The notes beneath the pieces were generated by a model. The model was not told the origin of the DNA. It searched no databases and saw nothing but the letters and a program-made list of their open reading frames with translations. Source: the human T2T-CHM13v2.0 reference genome, Homo sapiens. From it: DNA of 64,000 nucleotides. The stretch lies in the NCBI RefSeq assembly GCF_009914755.1, contig NC_060935.1; one strand, written 5' to 3'. Shown one piece after another: positions 51,001 to 64,000 of this stretch (position 1 is its first letter; each line of letters starts with the position of its first letter). A program made the position numbers and the translations under genes.

Positions 51001-52050
51001 TAGAAATTTGGATCAAAGAGAAGTAAGGACTCTCAAATTGCATCTATGTCACCTGTAAGCTCAAGTTTCCCCTAAGTACCAAGAGAACAGTTTGGAAACC
51101 CTAAAATGAAAATTCACAAATCTATCCCCTCTTTATAAAAAAAGAGACTGACCAGTACAATTCTTAATTAAATCAGAGACTAACCCTTTTGATAACTAAT
51201 AGAAATTTAATTGGTAATTACATTAATTTCACTAGATTATGAGTTTCTGAAAGTCAGAAATCTCATTTACCAGTTGTGCTTTATTTCCCATACATCACAG
51301 AGCACAGTGTATTCAGATATATTTGACAAATAAGGTACTGAGTAGACTGTTGAGTTCATCATGAAAAAGACATTAAAAAGCACATGTGTTCTACAAATTA
51401 AACAAAAGGTGGTCATATATTTATTTTTCCTATTATAGGCTAAAAACAGTTGAGGAAGTTAAAAGAAGTCCATGGTAAGAAGTCTATGCATTTTTATCCT
51501 AATTTTACCTAGACAAATCAATATGATAGGTGATTGATGGATTGAATATGATAGAGATGTTGGCATTGCCCTTCGAATGGCAGAAGATGAATTTAAGTAG
51601 CTTTCTGAATGTCATGTAAAAATATAGCTTAAATATATTTACCAGACTATCCTTGCTATTGTTTTATATATTTTACATAGAAACAATATTAGAGCTCCCC
51701 TCAACAACCTCATTATGTTCTACTAAAATATGTGGTTTTAAAAGTTAAATTTGAATTAAAAAATGAAAAATAAGGTTCTTGATTTGTGGTAAACTATACC
51801 ATAAAATAGTTTAATTTTGAAAAAAGTTGCCTAAGTAACCAACAATGATTAACTGAATACCCTACGCATTTATAATAGAAAAATATCAAAAAAGTACACA
51901 CAAAGATACATAGCCTTAAACAAGAATGTGTAAGTTATGGAATATTAAAGTAGTGAAGGCCCCTTTAGGACCCAATTAGGAGTGTGCTTAGTTGGAAATC
52001 CAGTAGAAGGTGTAATCATAACATAGAGATAAAAGAATTAAGAAATAAAT

Positions 52051-52160
52051 TGCTAGGGTCTGAATGTTTGTCTCCCTTCAAAATCCATATGTCAAAACCT
52101 AACCTTCAATGGATGGTATTAAGAAGTGATGCTTTTGAAAGATGATTAGGTCACGAGTGA
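52051..52160 (+). mobile_element. MST/MLT1A LTR 5' fragment
   Basis: TGCTAGGGTCTGAATGTTTGTC...GATGATTAGGTCACGAG. Confidence 0.7.
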
Positions 52161-52769
52161 GGATAATGTGTATGAGGAATAAAGATATTTTGTGAGAAAT
52201 TAATTTCTGAGTTTTGACTAAAGAGGTCTACTTGAATAGTGGTACGTTAAGGTACAGACAATTGTTTTGTTCCATTTACTATTACCTGAAACTATATATG
52301 TGGCCAAATGGATATCTCCCCTTATACATTCTAAGTATGATAACTAACTTGTAGTCTGAGCTCTAACATGACATTTAATTTCTGACCCAAAATAATTTCT
52401 ACGTCAGCTCACATCCCCAAGATTTCTCCAATTCCTTATTTTAAGGCGTGGATATAGAATTTTTTCCTAGGGAATAAGGATTGGTGGAGAATGAATAACC
52501 ACGGTGAAATGAATTCTAATCTTGTCAAATGGGATTGCAAGGATTCAGAGTCAAAAACATGATTATCATTAAAAAATAATCTATGAAGTTAGCTATATAT
52601 AACATACATATTGTACATATTAATATATAAATGTACACAAAATGTGTATATTTGTAGATACATAAACTTATAAATCAAAATATAAACTAATTTAAAAGAA
52701 CATGTGATTTTTTTTTTCAACACAAAGCAATTTGTTTCCAGAGTAGAGTAGAATGAGATAAGCACAGAG

Positions 52770-53140
52770 CTATAATGGAGGAGTAAATCATAAAGGGCAT
52801 TCTCAGACTCTGCAAGTATTTTCACTTAACTTTACCCTGAATGATAAGGAAAGCCACCGTGCAGTTTTGAGTGAGGAGTGACATATGCAACTTCTGTTGC
52901 AATAGAATTCCTCTGGCTTCAATGTTAAGGAGGAATAGGGTAGATTTAGGGAGACCAATTAAGACTTTAATCCAGAAAAGAGGATAGTTAATAGTGTTGA
53001 ACTTAGGACAGGATTGGATGTGTTGGTGCGCCCACTGCAGAGTACGAGAGAAAGAGAAGCAACTGAGATGATTCCAATTTTAATTTTGTCTGAATAACTT
53101 TCACAGATGAGGAAACCTGTGGGACTAATATGTTAGAGGA
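52770..53140 (-). mobile_element. L2 fragment
   Basis: GGAAAGCCACCGTGCAGTTTTGAGTGAGGAGTGACAT; GGATTGGATGTG. Confidence 0.6.
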
Positions 53141-56022
53141 GTGTAATTGATTTCAGTGGTTCAGATGTAATTGTGGAAAGTGGCCTTGAGCAAGGAAGAT
53201 GAATGAATAAATGCAACATATTGTTCCACTGAAGTGGGGTTCTAGTCACAGGATCTTCCTGTGAACTGGACTTTGTACACACAGCATGTATAGGCAGTGA
53301 TGATAGTGTTTATACAAATACCCCAGGGGTACCATGCTCAAGTTTGTTGTGCTGAGAAACTAATTTTATGAGCAGTAAGGGCAATTATTATATGCAAAGT
53401 CCTGCTTTTTCTGTCTCATGATAACATTTAAGAATCTAACATCTTGCATAAAATAGAAAAGATGAAAGGTAGGGAGGAAGATCAGTAAACTTTAGGAACA
53501 AGTAAATTAGAACCACTAATTAATAACTACCTTCGCAACATGACCCTAGCACCTCTCACTGGTTCTTTTAACAGATATAAACAAACCATTTGATGACAAT
53601 ATGTAATTTTTTTCACAATTTCACATTTGGTAGAAACAGTAATAATTGTGAAAGTAGCTAATAAAAATGAATGCTAATCATATCCTCAGTCTTTTCCACA
53701 CGTAGACTTCTTCCTTCTTCACAATAAACCCATGAGGCAGATAGTATGATTTTAAAGATGAAAGAACTGAGGCAAATAATTCCCCATAAACTGAAGTATT
53801 GAATCTATTAGAACCAACAGACATTCAGCTCAGTCTCCTTGAACTATAGAAGTTGAGTCCATCACAATGAGAACTGATCCTCAAAATGATAAACTCAAAA
53901 CCCTAGAAAAATAATAAATTTTCAGAGTTTAATACTGAAGAAAATAAATCATCTAGGGTTTCAGAAGGATTGCAATCTCTAGCTATTAAGAGAATAAAAA
54001 TATTTTATTTGTACAGGATAAGAAAGAAAAGAAGTGGGCTAAATTGTGAATTTGTATTAATCAGAATATTTGATTGACCCAAATATTTGTTTTAAAAACT
54101 CTAATGGGGTAAGCAAGCCTGTCAACCTAGTCATATTTTAGTGATAAGTAGAGTTGTTTGAGTATTTAAATTCTCTCAAGAAATATAAAAAAAAAACTTT
54201 TAGGTGTTTTTACCAATATTGTGTATACAGTTTAGAAATTCACTTTGTCACAAAAAATAACTATAAGAAAATGTAGGTAAATATTTAGTACATAATTGAG
54301 TTAAAGATGATTCTTCTAGTCGTTAGTCACAGAAAAAGAAATTAGTTTCAATTTTTTTGGCAATAGAAATCTTTACATGATGCCCACCTGCCCCCGCCCC
54401 CCAAAAATGACTATAAACTAAAAAAAAAAAAAACCTAAAAAAACAAAATAAACAGTAAACTTGAGGGAAGGATCCAGTGATACAAATAAGCAGCTATTTA
54501 TAGGATATTTACAAAAAATATTTGATTGGAGAACATATGATTGTGTGTTATATTAAGTGGAACAAAATAGAAACGTGTTTATGGTGGGATTCCAATCATA
54601 TTTTTAAAATATATTATGTAAAATGTGCCAATATATTCCAAGTACTTATTTAAGAAAAAGAAATATAATGTTTGCAATTTTCTTTCTTCCTACATTTTGT
54701 TCCTATACAAACATGTTTTGCAATTCCAATTTGAAAACTAAGTTACTCTTTAAAGTGTCTTAATGAACATTTAAAAATAATATAGAATAATAAAATATAT
54801 AACATGCCACTCTCTTGGGGTTTCCACAAGTGAGTCATACATTACAATCTCTTCACAGCCCTGAGAAATTCGTGAGAGCTTAGACTGAAAATAAAATCAT
54901 ATCCCAGGTATTAGTTTGTAAAAAATGTTTCCTGCAATCAAATATTAACATGCAAAGGTGTGTTCCGTTACACAAGTCACTTTACCTTAAGAATCAAAAC
55001 TTACAGTGTTTAAGCACCAACTCAAGTAACTATATTTGGTGACTATGTAAACGAAGCCATACGTATAGTTTCTGTGGTTTATAGCTAGTGCCAAATGGAG
55101 ATAAAGTGTTTAGATAGAAAAATCATGCTCTCATGAAACGAGAGCTTAACCTCTGTAAGCCTTGGGCTTCCCATCTGTAAAAGAAGGTTGTACTGGATGT
55201 CTGAGTCTGACAATTCAGATACTATCAGTTAATTAGAATCCTAGCCACAATGTTATTGTCAAACATAATATGTTTGTTTTAAATGTGTTATTTTGCCTTC
55301 ATTATAGTCATCATAATAAAGACATTGTAATGGGAAAAGGACACCAAAGTTATATTGTCAAGCTCAGTAAGCTTCCTAATTAAATGTCAGACATTTTCAC
55401 AAATCTATCGTCAATACTTTAAGTAAATAACAATCTTTCTCATTTGCACTCTTTAAATAACATTGTTATCTATTTCCAAGTAAGGGCCACACTTCAGTAA
55501 TTTACATATTGACAATTAAGTTAAATGATTACTCATTGTAATGGACCTTTCATACACCATCTTGCCTATATATTAAATTTAAATTATTTCCTTATATATT
55601 ATAGATTTTATGTGTTTCATATATATGTTATTTATGAAATATATAACAAATACATAGGAATTATTACATATAATACATATATAGTGCTTACTTTAATGGT
55701 ACTTGAGCATAATTTTCCCTGCCATAAAGAGCTCTCAATATAGTAATTAACACAGTCATATTTACAGAAACTAGAAAGAAGTTTGATGGGATTTTTCTAG
55801 GGATCCAATTTATCTTCTAACATCACCCACAGTATTTCTATTGGTTACACAGTTGAAGATAGCCAAGCACCATCAGGTTATATAGGTCAAGTAATGGGAA
55901 AGAGAGACAGGAAGAAGATGACCAGTAGCTTTCTAGTAAGAGCATGGCTCAGAGTTTACAGAAATCACATCTGCTCATATCTAGTTGCCAAATTTTAGTG
56001 TAATCGAAAAAGCCAAACCCTT

Positions 56023-56306
56023 GGCTGGGTTTAGTGGCTCTTACCTGTAATCCTAGCACTTTGGGAGGCCTAGGCAGGCTGATTGCCTGAGCTCAGGAGT
56101 TTGGGACCAGCTCGGGCAACATGTTGAAACCCCGACTCTTACTAAAAATACAAAAATTTAGCTGGGCGTGGTGGTGGTGCATGCCTGTAATTCCAGCTAC
56201 TCAGGAGGCTGAGGCACAAGAATCTCCTGAATCTGGGAGGTGAGGGTTGCAGTGAGCTGAGATCTCACCATTGCACTCCAGCCTGGGCAACAGAGCGAGA
56301 CTCTGT
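56023..56306 (+). mobile_element. AluS
   Basis: Full dimer; TSD core AAAAAGCCAAAC at 56007-56018 and 56449-56460. Confidence 0.93.
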
Positions 56307-56321
56307 GAAAGAGAGAGAGAG

Positions 56322-56370
<49 letters not shown>

Positions 56371-56454
56371 GGAGAGGAGAGGGAGAGGGGGAGAGGGGGA
56401 GAGGGGGAGAGGAGGAGGGGGGAGGGCGGGGAGAGAGAGAGAGAGAAGAAAAAG
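56306..56454. repeat. Polypurine (GA)n/(GGGA)n tract replacing the Alu tail
   Basis: About 150 nt of purines with a single C. Confidence 0.92.
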
Positions 56455-59400
56455 CCAAACACTGTAAAATATTTGAAGAGATTTTTATGACCCGTGACAC
56501 AGCCTCAAGAGGTCCTGAGAACACGTGTCCAAATGATTGTGTTACAGCTTGGTTTTATATGTCTTAGGGAGACATAAGACATTAATCATTGCATGTGAGG
56601 CATACATGGGTTTGGTCCAGAAAGGTGGGACAACTCAAAGCTAGTCAAACCTAATAAGGTCAGAGGGTTCTGATACAGTTTTGAGGGACCAGGTATGATG
56701 GATCAATTTATTTAAACAACAGCAAAAATTAGTGCACAGTTTAAAACTAAGTTTCTTCAAGGTTGAAATAAATCTACGTTTTAACCTGATAAAGCATGGA
56801 AGGTTTTATACATTGCAGAAGAAAGAACAGGTCAAAACAGGATAAATGTTGACTGTGGTTGAAATTATATTAGAAGAAAAGAGATAAAAAGGGTACTCAA
56901 TCCTCAATCAAGCTTAATGTAAGTCTGTAAGAAAAAAAAAGACACTGACTTATATTCACAATAAGATTTTCACTTAACAGCCGGGCACTAATTCTGCAGA
57001 CAGGCAGAATGGGTGCAAATCCCATTCTCAACACTTACCAGCTATTTTGCATTGGCCAGTTACTTCACCTCTATGACCTTCCATTTCCATATTTATACAT
57101 TGTGAATGAGAGTCCTACAAGGAATTCTTGTAGTTCTTAGCCTTTCCTGGTGATTATACTATTAAAAATAACTACATAAAACAGAGCAATGAAGATTCAA
57201 ACTTGAAACTGTGCTGCGAACCAAGGATTATGATTAACCAGTGAAATTATGGGTAAAATTTATCTGGCCTTGCAAAGTAGAGATTTTCTGTTGTCATTAT
57301 TTCTGATTATATTCTCACATTTATTTTTTGCATATTGAACTCTGGCTATATCAAACAGGAGAGACTGCCCAAATGATTGCTAAAAGAATTTACTCATATC
57401 TTTTTTTTTGAAATTGCAAAGATAGTCTTTGCAAACAAGCTAGTTTGAAACTGTATTCAGTTACAACCATTAAATATAACTGTATTCACATTATAAATAA
57501 AACACTTTTTAGCATGATGGAACTTGGAGACATCAATTTTGTTTTATTTTGCTTTCTTGGTTGTATGCAGATAGATTTAAGCTCCTATGCCCTCATTCCT
57601 TTTAAAGCCTACCTTTTTTTAAAGTCCTTGGTGGTCACGGCTGGACAGGATGTTTTCTTCATTTGACACATATAGCATTTAATTGCATTTTATTTTATTG
57701 GAATACTTATCCATATCTGCTTGGTAATGATTTAAATTAAATTATTTTTCATAAATATGCTATACTATATGGTATGATATAGCATCTACTATATAATATG
57801 CAAATACAAATCTTTACATTTCTGAATAACAAGGATTATTTTGTATGAGTTAAATTTAACCATTTTAATATTCTACTGTAGAACCTAGTATATCATTAGG
57901 AAAATATTATAAATTCAATACATACTTGATTTTAGAACTCTATACACAAACCTTACTATATATGTATGCTAATTAAGAAATATTAGAATATTTTATAGGT
58001 GGTCTTTTGCCTAATAAAATGTTCCTTGTTCACCTATCTATTAAAATTGCTAAGATTCACAATTTAAGACAAGCAAAAAAGAAATAAAGTAAATCACAGT
58101 GATAAAACTATGCACAAACATCTTGGACATGTCTTGGGTTCACTATATATGAGATACAAACTTCTACTGCTATTTCATTTGCTGGCAGGCATAAGAATCC
58201 ATTTACAGAATGATGACCCTGAAGCACTATCACATTATGAAATAGCCCATCATCTTCACTTCAATGAACTTAATGAAGCAAGAAGATGGAATAATTTATT
58301 TTAGAGAGATTTATAGCCACAAGAGCTGGACCAAAATTGGTTTTCTTCTTAAAACCCACTAGAGTTCTCTCTAGATCAGTGGTCAATAACCTTTTATTTT
58401 TATATTTTCATCCATCTTCTCTGATGAAAGCTATGGGTTCTCTCACTGAAAAATACACACATACAAATGCAACCCCTTTACCATTTCTGGAGATCCAGAG
58501 CTCCTCTTGTTGCCATCCTTACACTGCTCACACTACCAAGAACCTCATATACGAAAGGAGAATCAGCTGGGCTCTCCAGATTTAGACAGAGAGCTTCATG
58601 TTAAGCACCTGTGAAGAGAATGCATTTCTTCCATTTGTTGCAAAAAAAAAAAAAAAAAAGTCTTATTCCACTGACTCGGGTTGGACCCTGGGCAATTTGA
58701 TTGGTGAAGACTCTGAATAATGAAATCCTGGGATAGCAAGGTCTTCAATGCTTAGCATTCTTGGATAATGGAGCTCCTGTAGTGCAGATTCCCTCACAAA
58801 CATTGAATATCTCTCCCAAAATTTGATAGTCCACAAAGCATTAATCCAATATTTCCAATGAAAAATTAAAACACATAATGTCTTCCTCCCTTTTCCAAAA
58901 CCTCTTAGAGCTACAGAGCAAATGGAACATTGACTTCACTAGTCATATATACATTCTACAAGAAATAGGTATAAAAGCTATGTGAGAATCAGGCCAGATG
59001 TTAAATTATCCATCTTGTAGGTACACAAGGCAGGATTTTTTTTGTAGTTTTATAATTAAAAAGTCGTCATTAAATGATTATCTTTTATGATGATGCAAAA
59101 TTACAGTGGAGTCCACAGCTTTTTCACTAAGCTATCCATGCTAATGTTTCACTTACATATAATTACAGAGGAGCAGCTTAATCCTGTGTAGTTAGATTAC
59201 AGGATGATGGACAGTGCATTTTTTTTTAAATTAAGTTACCAGCAGTTATACAAATAAGTAAAGACAGTGGGAATTATACTTCCGAATCTTATGAATCATT
59301 GGACAGTCAGTGGAGAAATCAATCAGCTTTCTCCAGATTATTGTTCACTTTTCCTGGATCTCATTTTACACATAGATTAATCCATATAAAATGTCCATAT

Positions 59401-59726
59401 CAAGTTGCTATTTGGTCAAAAAAAAGAATGTTGGCAACCATATATGGTTCATCCCAACAGATGAAGTAGACATAGGTATGTTTATGGGACTAGCACACAG
59501 TAGAAACAGTTCATTCATTATAGAATTCCTCTAATATAGTGAAGAAATATCAATACATTTTGTAAAATTTTAGGCTATTAAAGTTAGCACTCTTTCCTTC
59601 AACCAAGAAGTATTTTCTGAGTCCCTATTATATGCCAGAGAACTATGCCTAAACAAACTAGCCAATAACCCAACACTCATGACGCTTAAATTCTAGTAGA
59701 CAATAATACAAGAGTTAAGATAAATA

Positions 59727-60255
59727 TTAGGTTGGTACATAAGTAATTGCTGTTTTGCACTATTTGCAATAGCAAAGACATGGAACCAACCCAAATGCCC
59801 ATCAATGATAGACTAGATGAAGAAAATGTGGTACATATTCACCATGAATACTATGCAGCCATAAAAGGGAATGAGATCATGTCATTTGCAGGGACATGGA
59901 TGAAGCTGGAAGCCATAATTCTCAGCAAACTAAGGAACAGAAAATCAAACACTGCATGTTCTCATCCATAAGTGGGAGTTGAACAATAAGAAAACATGGA
60001 CACGGAATAGAACACCACACACTGGGGACTGTCGCAGGGTGGGAGGCTAGGGGAGGGAGAGCATTAGGACAAATACCTAATGCATGCGGGGCTTAAAACC
60101 TAGATGATGGGTTGATAGATCCAGCAAACCACCATGGCACATGTACACCTATGTAACAAACTTGCACATTCTGCACATGTATCCTGAAACTTAAAAAAAA
60201 AAAAGGAATTGTTTTTGTCATTACTTTCAATGGCAGTAATAGGACAATCCTAATA
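59727..60255. mobile_element. MADE1 mariner MITE split by an L1
   Basis: TTAGGTTGGTACATAAGTAATTGCTGTTTTG on the left; TTTTGTCATTACTTTCAATGGCA...CCTAA on the right; TA flanks. Confidence 0.8.
59757..60203 (+). mobile_element. 5'-truncated L1PA7/8-like 3' end
   Basis: GCATTAGGACAAATACCTAATGCATGCGGGGCTTAAAACCTAGATGATGGGTTGATAG followed by an A tail. Confidence 0.9.
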
Positions 60256-61158
60256 TACTGTAATAAAAGTTATGTGAATGTAATCTCTATCTCAGAATAA
60301 ATTATTGTACTGTATTCAGCCTTCCTGTGATGTGAGATGATACAATGCTTACATGATGACATTAAGTGAGGAGAATGTTGTAGGTATCGTGATATAACAT
60401 TAAGCAATATTGACCATCTGTGCTTCTAAATCTGTGTAATTATACCTTATCTACAGGATGTGGCTTGGTGTCACTCACTTCAGTGGATCACTTGCTGAAG
60501 ACTTTCATATAGACTCAGTGCTATCTGGTGAAAGTTGCTGTCAGTTGGAACACATTTTCTGTCCATGTCTTCCATTCACAAATTACATGTCTTTCCATCT
60601 TACTAAGCACTTATCATACACTGTGGCCAATTGCAGTTTATAGCGCAACAGCAAAACTAGCACAAACTTCTTTTTCCTTCATTAAAATTTCATGGATAGA
60701 AGATTCATTCTTACGATAGAGTTGAGCAAACTCAGCATATGATCTTATTTTCTTATTAAGTGGAGAACTTTCACCTCTTCACTTAAAAGGCACATTTTAG
60801 AAATTCTTTATGTCATATTTGAAACGTTAGCATCACTACTCTCATGCTTTGGGACCATTATTAAGTAAAATAAGGGTTATTTGAACACAAAGCCTGTCAC
60901 ATTCTGTCGATAACCAAGACAGCTACTAAGTGGCAAAAGGACAGATAGCATAGATAGCATGAATATGGGGCAAAAAGGTTTGATTCACATCTCAGGCAAG
61001 ACGGAGCAGGACAATAGGAGATTTCATCATGCTGCTCAGAACAGCACATGGTTTAAAATGTACAAATTGTTTATTTTTGTAATTTTCTGTTTAATATATT
61101 TAGACTACTAGTAAACTGCAACCATTGAAACTAAACAGAAATAAGGGATAAGCAACTG
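60256..61158 (-). mobile_element. MER44/Tigger7-derived element
   Basis: TACTGTAATAAAAGTTATGTGAATG...; GAGATTTCATCATGCTGCTCAGAACAGC near the terminus. Confidence 0.8.
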
Positions 61159-62611
61159 TACATGTATCTTAGAGTATAATGACTATTGTTTCATTTCACT
61201 TTCCAATTCTCAGTCAAATTTCTATTTTGCTAACACTAACCTGGACACATACTGGGAAAAGAATTTTGAAGACATAATTTCAGTTTAGCCCAGGTGATAA
61301 AATACAATACCCCAAAGAATGGACAGTTGCCTACGCCTGTCTAGAAATCAGACAAGAAGAATAGGCATTAAGTGTGCATTTGGATTGATCAACCATAAAT
61401 AGTATTCAAAGAGATCACCTACAGAGTAGGTGTAGTTAGGAAAGAGAAAACGTCCAAGGACTAAGCCCTGGGGTACACCAAATAGCAGAAGTTATTGATT
61501 TGAGAAGAAACCAAATCAGATCCAGGCATACAGGGATGTATAATAAACATATCAAATAAATGCATGAATTTTAAGTTCCAGTGGGCTTTGTCAGGAAATA
61601 GCCTAAAGGGATGAGAGAGAAACCTTCTTTCTTCTTGGGAAATATGTAGCAATAAGAGCTTCATATGAGAAATAGACTTGCTTTTTATATGTTAATGCAA
61701 CATTCTTTGTGTTCTGAAATACGTTTTTGAGGGGTAGAAAACAGATCATTCAGTTTTACCTTTGAAAAAATTTCTTACCAACTTCCAACTGACTAGTTCA
61801 TTGACAAAACAAAGTAAAATTGCTTGTTGAGCAGGAGTCAGATGGTTTGTAGTAGTTGCATCCTAGAAGTCTTGAGAGAAGAGATTTATTTAAAAATATG
61901 AGGACTCTCACTATTCTTAGAGGTGCAGTAGGTATTAATTGTACCTTGATTACCACTAATCTGTCTTTCCTGAATTATATGGATTTTATAGCTTGAGATT
62001 TCAGTTATTTAAAATTGTATTAGAAAACAAATTGAATACTTAACATCCATGTTTAAATATCAGCATAATTTTTCCCTAAAAATGCTAATATTAGTCTGTT
62101 ATTTCTGTAATTTTATAGTTTATTAAAATTTTAAGGAAAAATAGCTATAAAAGTAATATCAATATTTAGTTCTCAGAATCAATGAGTCTGTAATATTTAT
62201 GTGTGTGTGTTTGTGTGTGTATTTTTTTTGTTTATGTTTTCTGAAAGCATTTTCTCTACTGACTGCTGCATGTTGGAAGAAATATTAAAAAATGCATCTT
62301 TGGTGATAATCAAAAGAATTAATCATAAGTTTAGCTTCAGGCATTTTGGAAAATATGGAATTGGATTTCCTAGTACCTCAACAATTGCCCTTAGTGAGCA
62401 ATTTAAAAAATCATCAGTAATAAATTGGGTTTGCTTCCATAATAAATGCTGCCTGGCCCAGTGGGACCGAATAAACAAGAGTAGAGAGCAGAGAGGAAAT
62501 AGGCCTCTTCTCTGAGAGCGTCTAGTATATTTTTTCTTTCTGAATGGCCTTAAGCAGCTCATGACATCTCACTTAATGAAAGGACAGATGAGTTTGTTTT
62601 TCATCTTTCAT

Positions 62612-62652
62612 CTAAGTGGAAGCTAAGTGGAGACCTCTTAGCTTCCACTTAG
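62612..62652. repeat. Perfect 16-bp inverted repeat with a 9-nt loop
   Basis: CTAAGTGGAAGCTAAG / CTTAGCTTCCACTTAG. Confidence 0.92.
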
Positions 62653-63904
62653 TTCAGTGAATTGTCCTTCTGGAAAGGCAATATATCTCTTATTTCAAGA
62701 GATTATAGGTGCTTGATGTTCTCTGTATTATTAAAATAGCTTGGTAAAATATGTTTTATAATGATCTGGAAGTAATATTTCAGGTTCCAACTCAGACCAA
62801 GTATTAAACAGATCCACAGGATATAAACATGTTGTATTTACACATTTTAGAAGATAGGCATGGTAGTTTTCAAACTGTACAAATTTTTAAAAAGGTTTTA
62901 TGTCACTTGCAACCAAGGAGGAGGACATATTGTGTTCTCTATTAAAGGGTAGAGTTAGATTTATATTGATGCATCTGTTTTATATTTTTAGTTGTATAAA
63001 ATATAGAATATGATCATGTGTCTGCTTCTGCCATTTACTAATTATATAACAGCAGGTGAGTTAAATGTTCTGAGCTCCTCTCTCTCCATATAAAAGGAAC
63101 AAAATCATACTAAACTGACAACTTTTCATTGAGGATTGGAGATAATTTTTTGAAGCCCCCTAGCAACAAACAAAGCCCATGATAAATACACTACAAATGG
63201 TAGTTACAATGATTGGAATAATATCCTTTCTTTGAGAAGGCTTTCATCCCTTTAAGTCATGGTGATTACATCCTTTTATATAGCATTTCTTTTTTTTTCA
63301 GGTCTAACATTGTATTGTGAAGACACTTTATTACAGAGACACTTTGAAGATGAAAAGTTAAATTTCATTAAGGGATGTTTAGATCAAATGAAAAAGAATA
63401 GTTTAAGATGTTATTTTTTGAAATACGTGTAAAAATATTGTCATGCTTACTCAAGAGAAGGAATAAAATAGTGTGGTTTTTAAAGTCTTTTTAGATAATA
63501 AAGAAACATGAATTTCACATAACCATATATATTATTTTAAAAATAACTTGCTTAAGTATGAAAATATGAAAAAGGAAACTGGCTCCTACCAAATCATATT
63601 GTTTTAAAATGATGCTGAATTTAGCTGTGACACCTGTGGTAAGGTTTCAATTCCTCTAGGAAGGTCTGTTTCAATCTCTGTTTGATATCAGCTGTCAATG
63701 GGGGTCACATTCCACCCCCAACTAGGCAGAATCACAGTTAAACATGATATTTAAATACATAGCTACTTAATTCAGAGAGTTTATGATTAAACTGAAACAA
63801 AAACATAATCTTTCAAATTGAAAAAAAATGTGTTACGGAGACAACTGTGGACTCAGGATTTTGTTATTCATTATTCAGTACTTTGATGAATATTATCACC
63901 CTTC

Positions 63905-64000
63905 CGATTACCTGTTATTCTGTAGTAATCCATTGAATAATTTTGTGGCTTAAAATAACAGCAATATAATTGTGTTTATGAAGCTACAATTTAGGCATAG
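63905..64000 (-). mobile_element. Possible MLT1 LTR end running off the window
   Basis: TTTTGTGGCTTAAAATAACAGCAAT resembles antisense MLT1. Confidence 0.4.

Larger units (their letters stand above)
55999..56642 (-). mobile_element. MER4-family LTR fragment split by an Alu
   Basis: GAAAAAGCCAAAC..TGTAAAATATTTGAAGAG...GGTCCTGAGAACACGTGTCC, homologous to the start of the LTR at 29588. Confidence 0.8.

Noticed and set aside
58642-58659. Isolated poly(A) run as a retroposon tail
   Set aside because: There is no upstream element body, poly(A) signal or TSD.

Overview
This is AT-rich, CpG-depleted primate (very probably human) intergenic or deep-intronic DNA. I find no intact protein-coding gene, RNA gene or CRISPR array; nearly all ORF-track entries are chance frames or repeat-derived. 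A large part of the window is nested transposable-element debris: Alu J/S/Y, L1PA/PB/M, L2, MIR, ERV/MaLR solo LTRs, Tigger1, MER2, MER44, MER45, MADE1 and MARNA. It also holds one full-length, decayed processed pseudogene of NAE1 (APP-BP1) with target-site duplications (TSDs). The most notable structure is at 5817-6997. A 5'-truncated young L1 (L1PA3-like) is followed by about 120 bp of foreign flank and the U3-R part of a HERV-H LTR7C, which ends at the LTR's own poly(A) site. The whole unit is bracketed by a perfect 15-bp TSD. This looks like an L1 3' transduction that copied an ERV promoter/enhancer to a new locus. Other highlights are a twin-priming inverted L1MA, several local templated-insertion or fold-back repair scars (12.25, 13.5, 23.2, 29.0, 35.6 and 62.6 kb) and a ~900-bp TA array grown inside an Alu tail. 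Repeat subfamily names come from recalled consensus sequences, not from a database search.
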